From: Mobula hypostoma
Lineage: Eukaryota
Direction of reading: 5' to 3'
DNA length: 64,000 nt
Assembly (NCBI RefSeq): GCF_963921235.1
Contig: NC_086097.1
Coordinates: 14,260,001 to 14,324,000 of the forward strand
How positions within the stretch are numbered: position 1 is the stretch's first letter; every line of letters begins with the position of its first letter. Shown in pieces: positions 37,816 through 50,280 of the stretch. Made by a program: the position numbers and the translations under genes. The notes beneath the pieces were generated by a model. It searched no databases, had not been told where the DNA came from, and saw only the letters and a list, made by a program, of their open reading frames with translations.

Positions 37816-40507
37816 AGATAATAGATGAATAAAATAAATTGCCCTATAAACATCCACCAAAGCAGTATCCTTTTCTTCACTGCTTATTCCACAAGTGGCT
37901 GGTCACGACCAATGTACAGACTGTATCTGAAGACAAAAGAGAATGCAAATGCTGAAAGGGGGAGATGTCAGCGTGTCCTGAAGAGATATTACACTGGAGC
38001 ATAAAACATTAGGAGTAGAATTTGGCCATTTGGCCCATCAAGTCTGCTCCACCATTCTACCATGTACAATGGTCGGCGCATCATTGTGGGCTGAAAGGCC
38101 TGTGCTGTGCTGTAGTGCTCTATACTCTATGTTCTAATTTCTGATAAGTCCTGATTTATTTATCACTTATAGATTGAATTCTCGCTGCTGTCATCAGAAA
38201 GGTACAAGAGCCTCAGGACTCACACCACCAGGTTCAGCAACAATACTAATCCTCAACAATCAGATTCTTGAACCAGAGGAGATAATTTCACTCAATGTCA
38301 CTTGCCCATCACTGAACATTTCCCACAACCTATGGATTCACTTTCAAGGACTCTTTATCTTATATTTACAATATTTATTGCTTATTTATTTGTTTGTTTG
38401 TTTGTTATTATTTGTCTTCTCTTTTGTATTTGCACAGTTTGCTGTCTTTTGCACTGGTTGTTTGTCCGTCCTGTAGGGTGTGGTCTTTCACTGATTCAGT
38501 TTTGTTTCTTGGATTTACTGTGTATGCCCATAAGAAATGAACCTCCGAGTTTTATGTGGAGCCATATACATACTTCGATAACAAATTTACTTTGAACTTT
38601 GAACTAAGTGAAAAAACTAATTTTCTGCTCTCGGTGGTTTTAAAGGAAATACCAGTTTGTTTCTTGGTTCATTGCGGATGGTGGGGAAGGGGCAGTCAAA
38701 GAGATTGTTGGATGAATGAGCACGATCATAGACAATGTTAAGGGCCCTGTGCATGCAGCACCTTTGGTAATATCTCGGATAGATTGTCCTTGAGCAGATT
38801 TGCTTTCTAGATCATTTCAAAGGGGAGATCAAACCACACATTTATGGATCTGCAGTTACTGACTCAGTACATTTAATTCCCTAAAGCAAAAGAGTGAACA
38901 GGGTAAATTCCATGAACTATCCAGTCACGTCATGGTTACTGTTGTCAAAGAATCATGTCGCACGGAAACAAGCCCTTCGGCCCAAGCCAACAAAAACGCC
39001 CCATCCAAGCAAGTCTCGTTTACCAGAAGTTGCCCATAGCTTTCTAAATCTTTCCAATTCAGGTAGCTATTGCTACCTTGGCTGACTTTGAATCAGAGTG
39101 TCCTCGAAATAATGAATGCAGAGCTGAACAGGTTTATCATCACTCATAAATGTCATGAAATTTGGTTTTTTTTTTGCAGCACCAGCAGTATCTTCATCCC
39201 CCACCTCCCCAGAAGTTTTCATGTTGTATTATTTTACAACACTGAATCACAGTGGATCTAATTTGGCTTGTTTTGACATTGGTGAACAGAAAAATACTCT
39301 TTTTTTGTCAAAGTGAAAACAGATCGCTATGAAGTGATCCAAATTAATTACAAATTTGAAACACAAAATAATTGATTGCAAAAGTATTCACCCCCTTTAA
39401 TATGACACACCATATCATTACTGGTGCAGCCAGATGGTTTCAGACGTCACATAATTAGTTAAATGGAGATCTGTTTTTGGAGATCTGTGTGCAGACAAGG
39501 TGGTTCAATTGATTACAGTAGAAATACACTTGTCCAATTGAAGATCCAGTTGCTGGTGAATCAGTATCCTGGCAAAAACTACACCATGAAGACAAAAGAA
39601 CTCTGCAAGCAACTCAGTGAAAAGGTTATTGAAAAGCACAAAGTCAGAAGATGGATATGAGAAAATTTCCAAGTCACTGAATATTCCTTGGAGTACAGCT
39701 AAGTCAGTTATCAAGAAATGTAAAGAAAATAGCATAAATGTAAATCTGCCTAGAGCAGGCCATCCTCAAATACTGAGTGACCATGCAAGAAAGGGGCTAG
39801 TGAAAGAGGCCATCAAGTGACTTGTGACAACTCTGGAGGAGTTACAAGCTTCAGTGGCTGAGATGGGAGAGACAGCACATACAACAACCATTGCCCAGAT
39901 GCTTCACCAGTCACAGCTTTATAGAGGATTGGCAAAGAGAAGGCCACTGTTGAAAAGAACTCACATGAAATCTCAGCTAGAGTTTGCCAGAAAGCATGTG
40001 GGAGACTCTGAACTCAGCTGGAAGAAGGTTCTGTGGTCTGATGAAACAAAATTTTTTTTTTTTTGGCTATCAGACTAAACGCTATGTTTGGCATTAGCCA
40101 AATACTGTACATCATCAAAACCACACCGTTCCTTACCGTGAAGCATGGTGGTGGCTGCATCATGCTGTGGGGATGTTTTACTGCAGAAGGACCTGAAAGG
40201 CTTGTAAAGGTAGAGGGTAAAATGAATGCAGCAAAATACAGGGAAATCCTGGAAGAAAACATGATGCAGTCTGCAAGAGAACTGAGGCTTGAGAGAAGAT
40301 TTGTTTTCCAGCAAGACAATGACCCCAAGCATAAAGCCAAAGCTACACAGGAATGGCTTAAGAATAACAAAATTAATGCCCTGGAGTGGCCAAGTCAGAA
40401 TCCAGATCTCAATCCAATTGAGAATTTGCGGCTGGACTTGAAAAAGGCTGCACACTCATGCTCCCCATGCAATTTGACAGAACTTGAGCAGTTTTGTAAA
40501 TATCAAA

Positions 40508-40704
40508 GGGGTGTCTATAGGGTGTCAGGAAGGGGTAGCTCCTCTGGTGGGGGAACATGTTGCATCCTTTTTAAGGTGGTTAGTCCATCTTTGGTCTCCA
40601 CCTGGCACTCAGCTCTCACCTGTGGCTCCCCGTAGCTGTTTGCATGCGACAGCGGCCACACCCCGGGCAACGGCTTCGACAAGCCGGCTAAACCAGGTGA
40701 GGGT
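40508..40704 (+). ncRNA. Candidate HDV-like self-cleaving ribozyme
   Basis: Manual fold gives P1, P2, P3, P1.1, P4 and J4/2 GCUAA in canonical order (see findings). Confidence 0.6.
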
Positions 40705-41072
40705 AGCCGACGGGTCTCAAACATTCAGTGAGATAGGGTGTTGTCTATCCCAGCATGTGAAGACAGACTCCGGCGGATTGAGCGGACGAGACCAATGGAA
40801 GGTCCAATGGTCAAGAAGGTGGTCTCTGCAAACGTCGTGGAACGTGTAGAGCAGGACAAGACACAGAAGACATCCTGGTCATCCACTGCGCCCAGTCCCA
40901 TCTCCAGCCCTCTCGACTCTGTCTTGCCACTGGATCCAGATGGGAATTGGGAAGAGAGAGTGAGGCTGACGCTGCGCAACTCTCCCTCACTTAAATCCAA
41001 ATCACGCGCTGGTCTCGACACCATCATACTGGTGTCGAGGTTCTCACCGACCTTGACGATGGACGAACTCAC
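40508..41072 (+). mobile_element. Non-autonomous RTE-related element inserted in the Tc1 transposase
   Basis: TSD AAATATCAAA(GGGG) at 40498 and 41073; GC-rich structured leader; no credible ORF. Confidence 0.85.
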
Positions 41073-41544
41073 AAATATCAAAGGGGGAAAATAGCAGTCT
41101 CCAGACATGCAAAGCTGACAGATACCAATCCACACAGACTAAAGGCTGTAATTACTGCCAAAGTTGCATCTACTAAATACTGACTTGAAGGGGTTGAGTA
41201 ATTATGCTATCAATTATTTTGTGTTTAATACAGTAATTGTAATACATTTAGACCAACTTATAGAGATCTGTTTTCATTTTGACACAGAAGAGTTTTTTCT
41301 GTTGATCCGTGTCAAAGAAGCCAAAATAAATTCACTGTGATTCAATGTTGTAAAACAATAAAACATGACAACTTCCAAGTGGGGTGACTACTATTTATAG
41401 GGACGATATGTGCCTGTGGCTTATGCACAATACTGTACCTGGGAAAAACCCACATGGTCATAGAGAGAACATGCAAATTCCACACAGACTGCACTCATGG
41501 ATAACAATGAAATCAGGTGGCAAAACGGGGAGTTGTTAATTTGT

Positions 41545-43215
41545 TCAAAGTTCAAAGTAAAATTTATTATCAGAGTACCGACAACCCTGAGATTCTTTTT
41601 CTGCGGGCATACTTAGTAAATCTATAGAACTGTAAAAAAACTGTGCAAATGCAGATATAAACAAATAGCAATAAATAACAAGCATGAAATAACAATTTAA
41701 CCGAGTTCTTAAATGAGTTATCAAATGAGTGTAGCTACCCCCTTTTGTTGAAGAGCCTGATGGTTGAGGGGTAGTAACCTTTCTTGAACCTGTGGTGCGA
41801 GCCCTGAGGCTCTTGTACCTTCTACCTGATAGCAGCAGCAAGAGAAGAGCATGGACTGGGTGGGGAGGATCTTTGATAATGGATGCTGCTTTTCTACCAC
41901 AACATTTCATGTAGATGTGCTCAATGGTTCAGAGGGTTACACCTGCGACGCACTGGGCCCAATCCACTACCTTTTCGTAGGATTTTCTGCTCAAAGGCAT
42001 CAGAGTAGCCATACCAGGCGGTAATGCAGCCAGTCAGTACACTTTCCATCACACATCTATAGAAGTTTGCCAAGGTTTTCGATGACATGCCAAACCTCCG
42101 CAGACTCCTGAGGAAGTAGAGGTGCTGTCATGCTTTCTTCGCAATAATATTTATATGATGTGTCCAGGACAGGTCCTCTGTGATAGTGACACCCAGAAAT
42201 TTAAAGCTACTGACTCTCTCCAGCTCTGATCCTCCGATGATTACTGGCTCGTGGACCTCTGATATATTTCTCCTGAAGTTTAAAATCAATTCCTTGGTGT
42301 TATTGACATTGAGCGAGAGATTGTTGTTATTACACCACTCAGCCAAGTTTTCAGTCTCCCTCCTGTATGCTGATTCATCACCCCCTTTAATACAGCCCAC
42401 AACTCTGGTGTCACCAGCAAACTTGTATATGGTGTTGGAGCTGTACTTAGCCGCATAATCATGGGTGTAAAGCAAAGAGAGCAGGGATGCAAGAACACAT
42501 CCCTGTGGTGTTCCTGTGCTGATGGAGATTGTGGAGGAGATGTTCTTGCCAATCCAAACTGACTGGGGAAGTGAGGAAGTCCAGGAGCCAATTGCACAAG
42601 GGGATATTGCGGCCCAGGTCTTGGAATTTACTGATTAGTTCTGAGGGGATGATGGTGTTAAATGCAATCGATAAAGAGCATCCTGATGTATGCATCTTTG
42701 CTGTCCAGATGTTCCGGGGTTGTGTGAAGAGCCAATGAGATAGCATCTGCTGCAGATGTGGTGCTTCGATAGGTGAATTGGAGCGGATTCAAATTATCGT
42801 TCAGACAGGAGCTGATACGCTTCAACACCAGCCTCACAAAACACTTCATCACTGTGGATGTAAGTGCCACTGGGCGTTAGTCATTTAGACAGGTTACCAC
42901 ACTTTTCTTGGGCACCAGCACAATTGAAGCCTGCTTGAAGCAGATGGGTACCACACACTGCTGGAGCAAGAGGTTGAAGATACCCATGAACGCACCAGCC
43001 AGTTGGTCGGCACAGGTCTTCAGTACTTGGCCAGATATTCCATCCAGACCAGATGTTTTTCTTGAATTCACTGTCTTGACTGCAGCCCACACATCATCTT
43101 CAAATACCGAGACCAAAGGAAATCGGGAGATATGGAGGTGTGACGGTTTGTCATTGTTCTGATGGTCAAAGTGAGCATTGAAGACATTGAGCTTCGCTGG
43201 AAGCAAAGCTCCCAT
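41545..43215 (-). mobile_element. Rex1/Babar-type LINE, 1.7-kb decayed RT-containing fragment
   Basis: LKTCADQLAG..VPKK, ALTSTVMKCFVRLV, LYTHD..YKFAGDT..WCNNNNLSLNVNNTKELI; (TCAAAGT) tail. Confidence 0.9.
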
Positions 43216-43224
43216 GTATTTTTG

Positions 43225-43515
43225 GGGCAGCACAGTTGTGTAGTGGTTTGCACAATGCTTTACAGTCCCAGTGACACAATTTCAATTTCCTCCGCTGTCT
43301 GCAAAGAGTTTCTATGTTCTCCCTGTGACCACATGGGTTTCCTCCAGATGCTCTGCTTTCCTCCCGCAGTCCAAAGATATATTGAGTGCTAGGTTAAGTG
43401 GGTATTGTAAATTGTCCTGTGATTAGGCTCAGATTAAATCAGGGGATTGCTGGGTAGTGTAGCCTGAAGGGCTAGAAGAGCCTATTCCACGTGGTATCCC
43501 AATGAATCAATAAAT
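43225..43515 (+). mobile_element. V-SINE (HE1-like)
   Basis: tRNA-like head, V-domain TGGGTTTCCTCCAGATGCTC..CAGTCCAAAGA, AATAAA tail. Confidence 0.8.
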
Positions 43516-44027
43516 AAACCATCAGTAGAAGAGGTGATTAGAGTGATTTGCAATGTGAATACACTGTTTGATACTCACTTTGAAGAATGATATTTGCGTG
43601 ATTTACCATCCAAATTATCCCCTAGCGTAAGTCCCTATTATCAAGAGTTATGGGAAAACTGAACGAAGGTATAAGTGTTACTGCAAATTTTGATTTTCTT
43701 TCAAACTAAAAGTAAAACCACAATATTTCCATGGAGAGGTTTTAACACCAATGGAACATATAAATTGCAGAACACATAGAGGATTCAAGCACAGTAAAAA
43801 TGTTTGTATTTTATCTTTCTTTCATCTTGTGTGTTTCTTTGATGTTAGTGTTCACTTTTTTTGTCTGTTTCCTAAATTTTCTCTTATATTCCACAGCCAT
43901 TCTAAAAGGAAGCCGAAATCAACGCATTTACAGAATTACAGGAGCCGTTGAATGTAAGGACTCTTCATAAGGCATAACTGATGTGATTTTATTGTGAAGG
44001 AGTTCACCTTGAATGTTTCTCGGAGGT

Positions 44028-44402
44028 AAAACTATATCATACTGCTCTAAAAGCCTTGTCTCTGCTGGGTTTTTTTAAAGCTAGCAAATTAACCATGACA
44101 ATATGACACATCGGCTATTCCCATCATTTCAGGTGAAATTGCAGATATTTCATCGGAGGAAGTTTATATCCCCACATCCTGAGATACTGACATTGAAGGG
44201 CAGATTTTCAGAATAAGAGCGTCGCTCTTTTTAAATCAGGGAAAGGCTACCAGGTCCAACAAGCCTGAAGTTTTTTTTAGATAATAATCCCCTTCATACC
44301 TTCCTTCTCAATATATTTCTGGAAAAATCTTGGTCCTGCATGCTGAAGCCAATTATATTGTCTCTTCCAATGGCTCTTCTTGTTAACTTATCTCACAATC
44401 TA
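44028..44402 (+). repeat. ~370-bp segment duplicated at 47216-47585
   Basis: Alignable end to end by eye from AACTATATCATACTGCTC to CTCACAATCTA with scattered substitutions. Confidence 0.92.
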
Positions 44403-44935
44403 TGTCATAGCATTAAGGCATTAAGCAAAACCCCAGTTTGAATTCTTATATAAACATAAATGATCCTATGTTGATATTTTTGCAACATCTGCCATACTTA
44501 TAACACATCTCCCACTAAACTGAAAACTAACGCCAAGTCACATAACGAGATATTGAGATAAACTATAACATTCTTAAATGACTTGGCACACTATATGTGG
44601 GAGAATGTTTTCCCCTTTGTCATTGTGTTTGCAACATTAAGGGAATCAAGAAGTATATAGAGAGTGAAGGAACTTAGGTGGAAGGTTAGTCATGAACTTG
44701 ATCAGTGATGGAGCAGGAGCAATATTCAAGGTTCAAAGTAAATTTATTGTCAAAGTACATAAATGTACCATATACAACCCTGAGAGTCATTTTCTTGTGG
44801 GCATAATCAATAAATTTATAGAATAATAACCTTAACAGAATCAACGAAATACCACCCAACTAGGGAATTCAACCAAAGTGCAGAAAACAATGAACTGTGC
44901 AAATGCAAAAAGAATAAATAAATAAATAGAGTGCA

Positions 44936-44979
<44 letters not shown>

Positions 44980-45349
44980 CTGCTCCTGCTCCTGTTTCTT
45001 ATCTCTGCAACAATTATCCACAGATACACTATCAATTGTATGGCTAGATTCTGCTCTAACTCCATCTAGAGCAGGTGGTCCCAATCTGGGGTCTATGGAC
45101 CCCTCTGTTAACAGTAGAGGTCTATGGCATAAAAAGTATTGGGAACCCCTGCTCCAGACATTTGCAGGTCACCATCCTATTTGGGCTGAATCTCAAATAA
45201 TAATGAATTGGAATGCAGGAGGGAGATTCAGAGCCGGCTGGCACGGTGTCATCGCCACAACCTTTCCCTCAATATCAACAAAACAAAATACCTGGTTATT
45301 GACTACAGGAAATGGAGAGGAGAACAAGATCCCCTATCTCGGCCTTAGT

Positions 45350-46565
45350 GAAAGGCAAGATCTACCCACTAATTCGTTTGGAGAAAAAACAACTCAGATT
45401 GTACTTCCAACTTGAGACCTTTTATTTGGGCTAATTGTATTTGAATTACATAAAATGCTTTTGTCAAACTTTGAAATTAATTCAACCAAAAAAACTGTAA
45501 CTAGCATATCAAACAGGCCATAGCTGTCTTTCTTTAAGAATATTACAATACTTCATACCTTTTATAGTATCTTCTACTTTGAAAAAGGACCACTCGTCAA
45601 CTTCATGTCCAAAGGAACAACTTTACCTGGGATGGCAAAACCTTATACACACATGCGCAGAAAAGATCCCGCAACCCCGGAAACAAATTCTGTTTACAAA
45701 CAGCTTTCCGTAGCGGAAGTATTGCTATATTACCATTATCCTAATTGGTATTAACTTATCTTTATAATGCTCACATTACAACACTTCTCCCCCTTTAAAT
45801 TCCAACATTCCCGAAATGTAAAAGAACTGGGAAACAAAAAACAGTGGAGTCATTATCTTGCGTACCTCTGAAACTTATACTAGTGTCTCAGTAACAGTTT
45901 ACCAATACAAAACACCTGAAAAACGTGGCAGATTCAACATTCAGTCTAACAAAGGAAACTGTCCACTCAAATATTCAGTCTGTCAGGAGGTTTGCGAGAG
46001 CGCTGTGCTGCAACAGATGAAAATTATGAAATCTAAGTACAGAAGCTGTCTTACTGACAGACACCTCACAGACTGTCTCAAACTGGCTGTCTGTAGTTAT
46101 GAGACAAATTTCAGGGAACTAGCAGAAAGTATTCAGCCCCAGTCATCACACTGAGTGCAACAGTCAATTTTTATTCGTTTATTTTCTGTGTTGAAATAAA
46201 ATTAAATAATGAAACATAGAATTAAAGGTGTTGTAATGTGAGCATTATAAAAATAAGTAATACTAATTATGATAGTATTTCCGGGTTGCGGGGTTTTACT
46301 TCCGGTCTTTTCTACCGTGGTGCATGGCGGGGGAGCTACACACATGCGCACTGGGCAGAAAGAACAGAACTAACACTCCACAACCCGGAAACAATCTCTC
46401 TTTACAAACAGTTTCAGTAGTGGAAGTATTGCTATATTAACATTATCCTAATTAGTATTACTTACTTTTATAATGCTCACATTACAACAGTATTTGTGTA
46501 TTTATTTTTCATTTTTTTCGGGATCTATTGGGAAAGTCTCAAAGATCGACGGGTTGGCGACCACT
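45350..46565 (+). mobile_element. hAT (Charlie/SPIN-like) internally deleted transposon
   Basis: ORF 45858..46154 ends CESAVLQQMKIMKSKYRSCLTDRHL..QSSH* (hAT dimerisation domain); 3' terminus GGGTTGGCGACCACT; 5' boundary uncertain. Confidence 0.8.
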
Positions 46566-46575
46566 AAACTATATC

Positions 46576-47215
46576 CTCGGTGAGACCCCTTGTAAATGAG
46601 AGACTGCTTCATTGAGCACCTCCGCACCATCTGCCACAAGGGGGACTTCCCAGTGGCCAAACATTTTAATTCCAATTCCTATTCTCATTCTGACTTGTCG
46701 GCCCATGGCCTCCTCTTGCGCCAAGAGGAAACCATCCTCAGGATGGAGAGCAATACCTTTTATTCCGTCTGGGTAGCCTCCAACCTGATGGCATGAATAT
46801 CGAGTTTTCCTTCTGGGAAAAATAAATTCCCTCCCCCTCCCCTCTTCCTCTATTCCCTACTCTCTCCTTTTACCTTTTCTCACCCCCCTTTCACTCTCCA
46901 CCCGGGTCCTCTCCACCTTCTCTTTCTCCTATGGTCCATTCCCCTCTCCTATCAGATTCCTTCTTCTCCAGCCCTCGACCTTTCCCCCCCACCTGGCTTC
47001 ACCTATCACCTTCCAGCTAACCTCTTTCCCCTCCTCCCACGTTTTTATTCTGGCATCTTCCCCCTTCCTTCTCAGTCGTGAAGACGGGTCTCAGCCTGAA
47101 ATGTCAACTATCTATTAATTTCCATAGATGCTGCTTGACCTGCTGAGTTCCTCCAGCATTTTGTGTGTGTTGCTCTAGATTTCCAACATCTGCAGACTTT
47201 TATGTGTTTATGATC
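46576..47215 (+). mobile_element. Penelope-like element 3' fragment
   Basis: ORF 46596 (DCFIEHLRTI..FPVAKHFNS); TSD AACTATATC (46567-46575 / 47216-47224); decayed hammerhead at ~47074-47109. Confidence 0.85.
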
Positions 47216-47594
47216 AACTATATCATACTGCTCTAAAAGCCCTGTCTCTGCTGGTTTTTTTAAAGCTAGCAAATTAATGATGACAATATGACAACTCGGC
47301 TATTCCCATCATTCAGGTGAAACTGTGAACATTTCATCAGAGAAAGTTTATATCCCCACATCCTGAGATACTGATATTGAAGGGCAGATTTTCAGAATAA
47401 GAGTGTCGCTCTTTTTAAATCAGGGAAATGCTACCAGGTCCAACAAGCCTGAAGTTTTTTCAGATAATAATCCCCTTGATACCTTCCTTCTCAATATATT
47501 TCTGTAAAAATCATGGTCCTGCTTGCTGAAGCCAATTATATTGTCTTTCCCAATGGCTTTTCTTGTTAACTTGCCTCACAATCTAGCTCTTATA

Positions 47595-48275
47595 TCTGAA
47601 ATTGAGAGGATTGAGAGTTTCAGCTTCCCGGGAATAAACAATATCTGTCCTGGTCCAACCAGAAAAGCACATCAGCACTTCTAATTCCTCAGGAGAATAA
47701 AGAAATTTGGCATGACCCCTTTGACCCTCACCGATTTCTATAGATGCATCACAACTTGGTATGGGAATTACTCTGCCTTAGACCACAAGAGACTGGAGGA
47801 GGTTGTGAACACAGTTCAGCACATCCCAGACACTAACCTCCTCTCTGTGGACTCGGATTACACTTGTTGCTGCCTCAGTAAAGCAAAACATAATCTAAAG
47901 CACTACTATCCAGGACATTCCCTCTTCTCTCCCATCCCGTCCAGTGAAGCATATAAAACCCACAAAGCACACACCACTAGGCCCAAGGACTGCTTCTATC
48001 CCACTGTTATAAGACTATTGAATAATTCTTCAGTACAATAAAATGGACTTCTGACTTCACAACATACAGTACCTTGCTATAGCCTTGTACCTTCATGTGT
48101 GTTTGCACTGCACTTTTTCTATAAATGTAACTATTTATTCTGCACTCTGCTATTGTTTTTTCCCCTTGCAGTACCTCAGTGCACTGGTGTTTTGAAATTA
48201 TCTGTATGAGTGGCATGCAAAGCAGCATTTTTTCACTGTACCTCGGTATGTGTGACAATAATAAACTTACTTCAA
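47595..48275 (+). mobile_element. Rex1/Babar-type LINE 3' fragment
   Basis: ORF 47712 (LTDFYRC..WYGN..FYPTVIRLLN). Confidence 0.8.
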
Positions 48276-48689
48276 TTTTACGTTCTTATGTCATGACCAA
48301 AATCTTGGTCAAAAACATTCTAAATAGAATCTTAGAGAGGAAAAGAAAGGTAGAGAGCTGAAGAGAGATTCCAGAGTTTGTCTTTTGAGGGTCCTGAACC
48401 ATTAGGTTCCTGGACAAACGTGGACGACTTCACTCACTAACCTTCAGACTCATTTTCAAAAACTACAATTCATGTTCTCAGTATTATTTAGTTTTTTTTT
48501 ATTTGCACTATTTGTCTTGTTTTCAACATGGGTTGTTTGTGCATCTTTGTTTATGTATAGTTTTTCATAATTTCTATTGTCCTGTGTTATAAATTTACTT
48601 TGATTTCGAGAGTTGAAGGATCCGTTGCCAACTGTGGATCAATTAAATCTGGAGATTAGTGTAAGGCCAAAGTCAGGGAAGAGTGGATA

Positions 48690-49290
48690 TAAGACCATAA
48701 GGTATAGGAGTAGAACAAGGCCACGTGGCCCATCATATCTGCTCGCCATTGCTGATCCATTTCCTTTCAGCCCCAATCTCCTGCCTCCTCCCTGTAACTC
48801 TTCATGCCCTGACTAATCAAAACCTATCAACCTCTGCTTTAAACATATCCAATGACTTGGCCTCTGCAGCCACCTGTGGCAATAAATTCCACAGATTCAC
48901 CACTCTCTGGCTAAAGAAATTCCTCCTCATCTCCATTCTAAATGAATGCCCCTCTACTCTGAGGCTGTGTCCTCTGGTCTTCGACTCCCCCACCATATGA
49001 AACATCCTCTCCACATCTACTCTGCTGGGCCTTTCAACATTTGATCTTTTTCAATGAGATTCCCCCATCATTCTTCGGAATTCCGATGAGTACAGGTCGG
49101 GAGCCATCAAATGCTCCTCATATGATATCTTTCAATCTGGAATCATTTTCACGAACCTCCTTTGAATCCTCTAAAAATGTCAGCACATCTTTTCTTAGAT
49201 AAGGGGCCCAAAACTACTCACAATTCTCCTAGGCCACATCAGTGCTTTATAAAGCCTCAACATTAGATTCTTGTTTTTATATTCTCATCC
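48690..49290 (-). mobile_element. CR1 LINE 3' fragment
   Basis: ORF 48817..49014 (TRGHSLR..RRNFFSQRVVNLWN). Confidence 0.85.
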
Positions 49291-49304
49291 TCTCTACATG
49301 AATG

Positions 49305-50280
49305 CTAACACCTAGACAATGCACTGAAGCGATTAGGAAGGTTAATAGCATATTGGGCTATATAATGCAGTCAGTGGAGTTCAAGTCTAGAGATGTTCTC
49401 CTTAAGCTGTATAATGTGCGGACACACCTTGAATACTGTATACAATTCTGGTCTCCGTATTTTGTGAGAGATGTGAAGGCACTGGAGAGACTTCAGAGAA
49501 GGGTGACTAGACTCATTCCAGGTCTACAGGGTATGAGCTATAGAAACATAGAAACATAGAAAATAGGTGCAGGAGTAGGCCATTCGGCCCTTCGAGCCTG
49601 CACCGCCATTCATTATGATCATGGCTGATCATCCAACTCAGAACCCTGTACCTACCTTCTCTCCATACCCCCTGATCCCTTTAGCCACAAGGGCCATATC
49701 TAACTCTCTCTTAAATATAGACAATGAACTGGCCTCAACTGTTTCCTGTGGCAGAGAATTCCACAGATTCACCACTCTCTGTGTGAAGAAATTTTTCCTC
49801 ATCTCGGTCCTAAAGGGCTTCCCCTTTATCCTTAAACTGTGACCCCTCATTCTAGACTTCCCCAACATCGGGAACAACCTTCCTGCATCTAGCAAAGATG
49901 AAGAAAGATTGAAAGAATTAAATCTTTTTAGCGTAAAGTAAATGTAGAATGAGAGGAGACATGATAGAGGTGTTCAAAGTCATTAAGGGTATAAAAAAGT
50001 GGATGGCTGCTGCTACTTCAAAATTAATCCATCATCAAGGACACGGGCCATAGGTGGAGACTGGTTAAAGGGAGATTTCAGATTAACATCAGGAAGCATT
50101 TCTTTACACAGCGAGTTGTGGACACATGCAACAAACTACCTAGATGTGTAGCTGAGAGTTGTACCTTAGAGACTTTCAAATCTAAACTCGATAGTTATTT
50201 CAACACACTATGTGAGTAAGAATTTATTGGGCCAAATGGCCTGTTCTTGTCAAAAACTTTCTAATGTTTTATTGTTCTAA
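49305..50280 (+). mobile_element. CR1 LINE fragment interrupted by a younger antisense CR1
   Basis: ORF 49302 (VRTHLEYCIQFWSP..GLQGMSY) continues after ~49898 (EERLKELNLF..RGDMIEVFK). Confidence 0.85.
49541..49893 (-). mobile_element. Young CR1 3' fragment (same subfamily as 22823-24182)
   Basis: ORF 49638..49895 almost identical to the end of ORF 23450..24085; (AGAAACAT)n tail. Confidence 0.93.

Larger units (their letters stand above)
39586..41183 (+). pseudogene. Tc1 DD34E transposase pseudogene (frameshifts, stop, ~570-bp insertion)
   Basis: MKTKEL.., GYEKISKSLNIPWST, WSDETK (D 40040), VKHGGGCIMLWGCF, QQDNDPKH (D 40315), PDLNPIENL (E 40420; 34-residue spacing), ends TKY* at 41183. Confidence 0.92.
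39186..41408 (+). mobile_element. Tc1-family DNA transposon with long (~210 bp) TIRs, inactivated
   Basis: Degenerate inverted repeats ~39186-39397 / ~41188-41408 enclosing a transposase pseudogene. Confidence 0.92.

Noticed and set aside
40484..41135. Overlapping ORFs of 69-136 aa inside the Tc1 insert
   Set aside because: No recognisable domains; explained by a GC-rich non-coding retroelement.
44939..45415. 158-aa ORF
   Set aside because: Read-through of a microsatellite, a MITE and LINE debris.
45858..46154. Exon of a domesticated hAT gene (GTF2IRD2/EPM2AIP1-like)
   Set aside because: Only the last ~55 codons are homologous, and they lie within a deleted transposon that retains its terminus.
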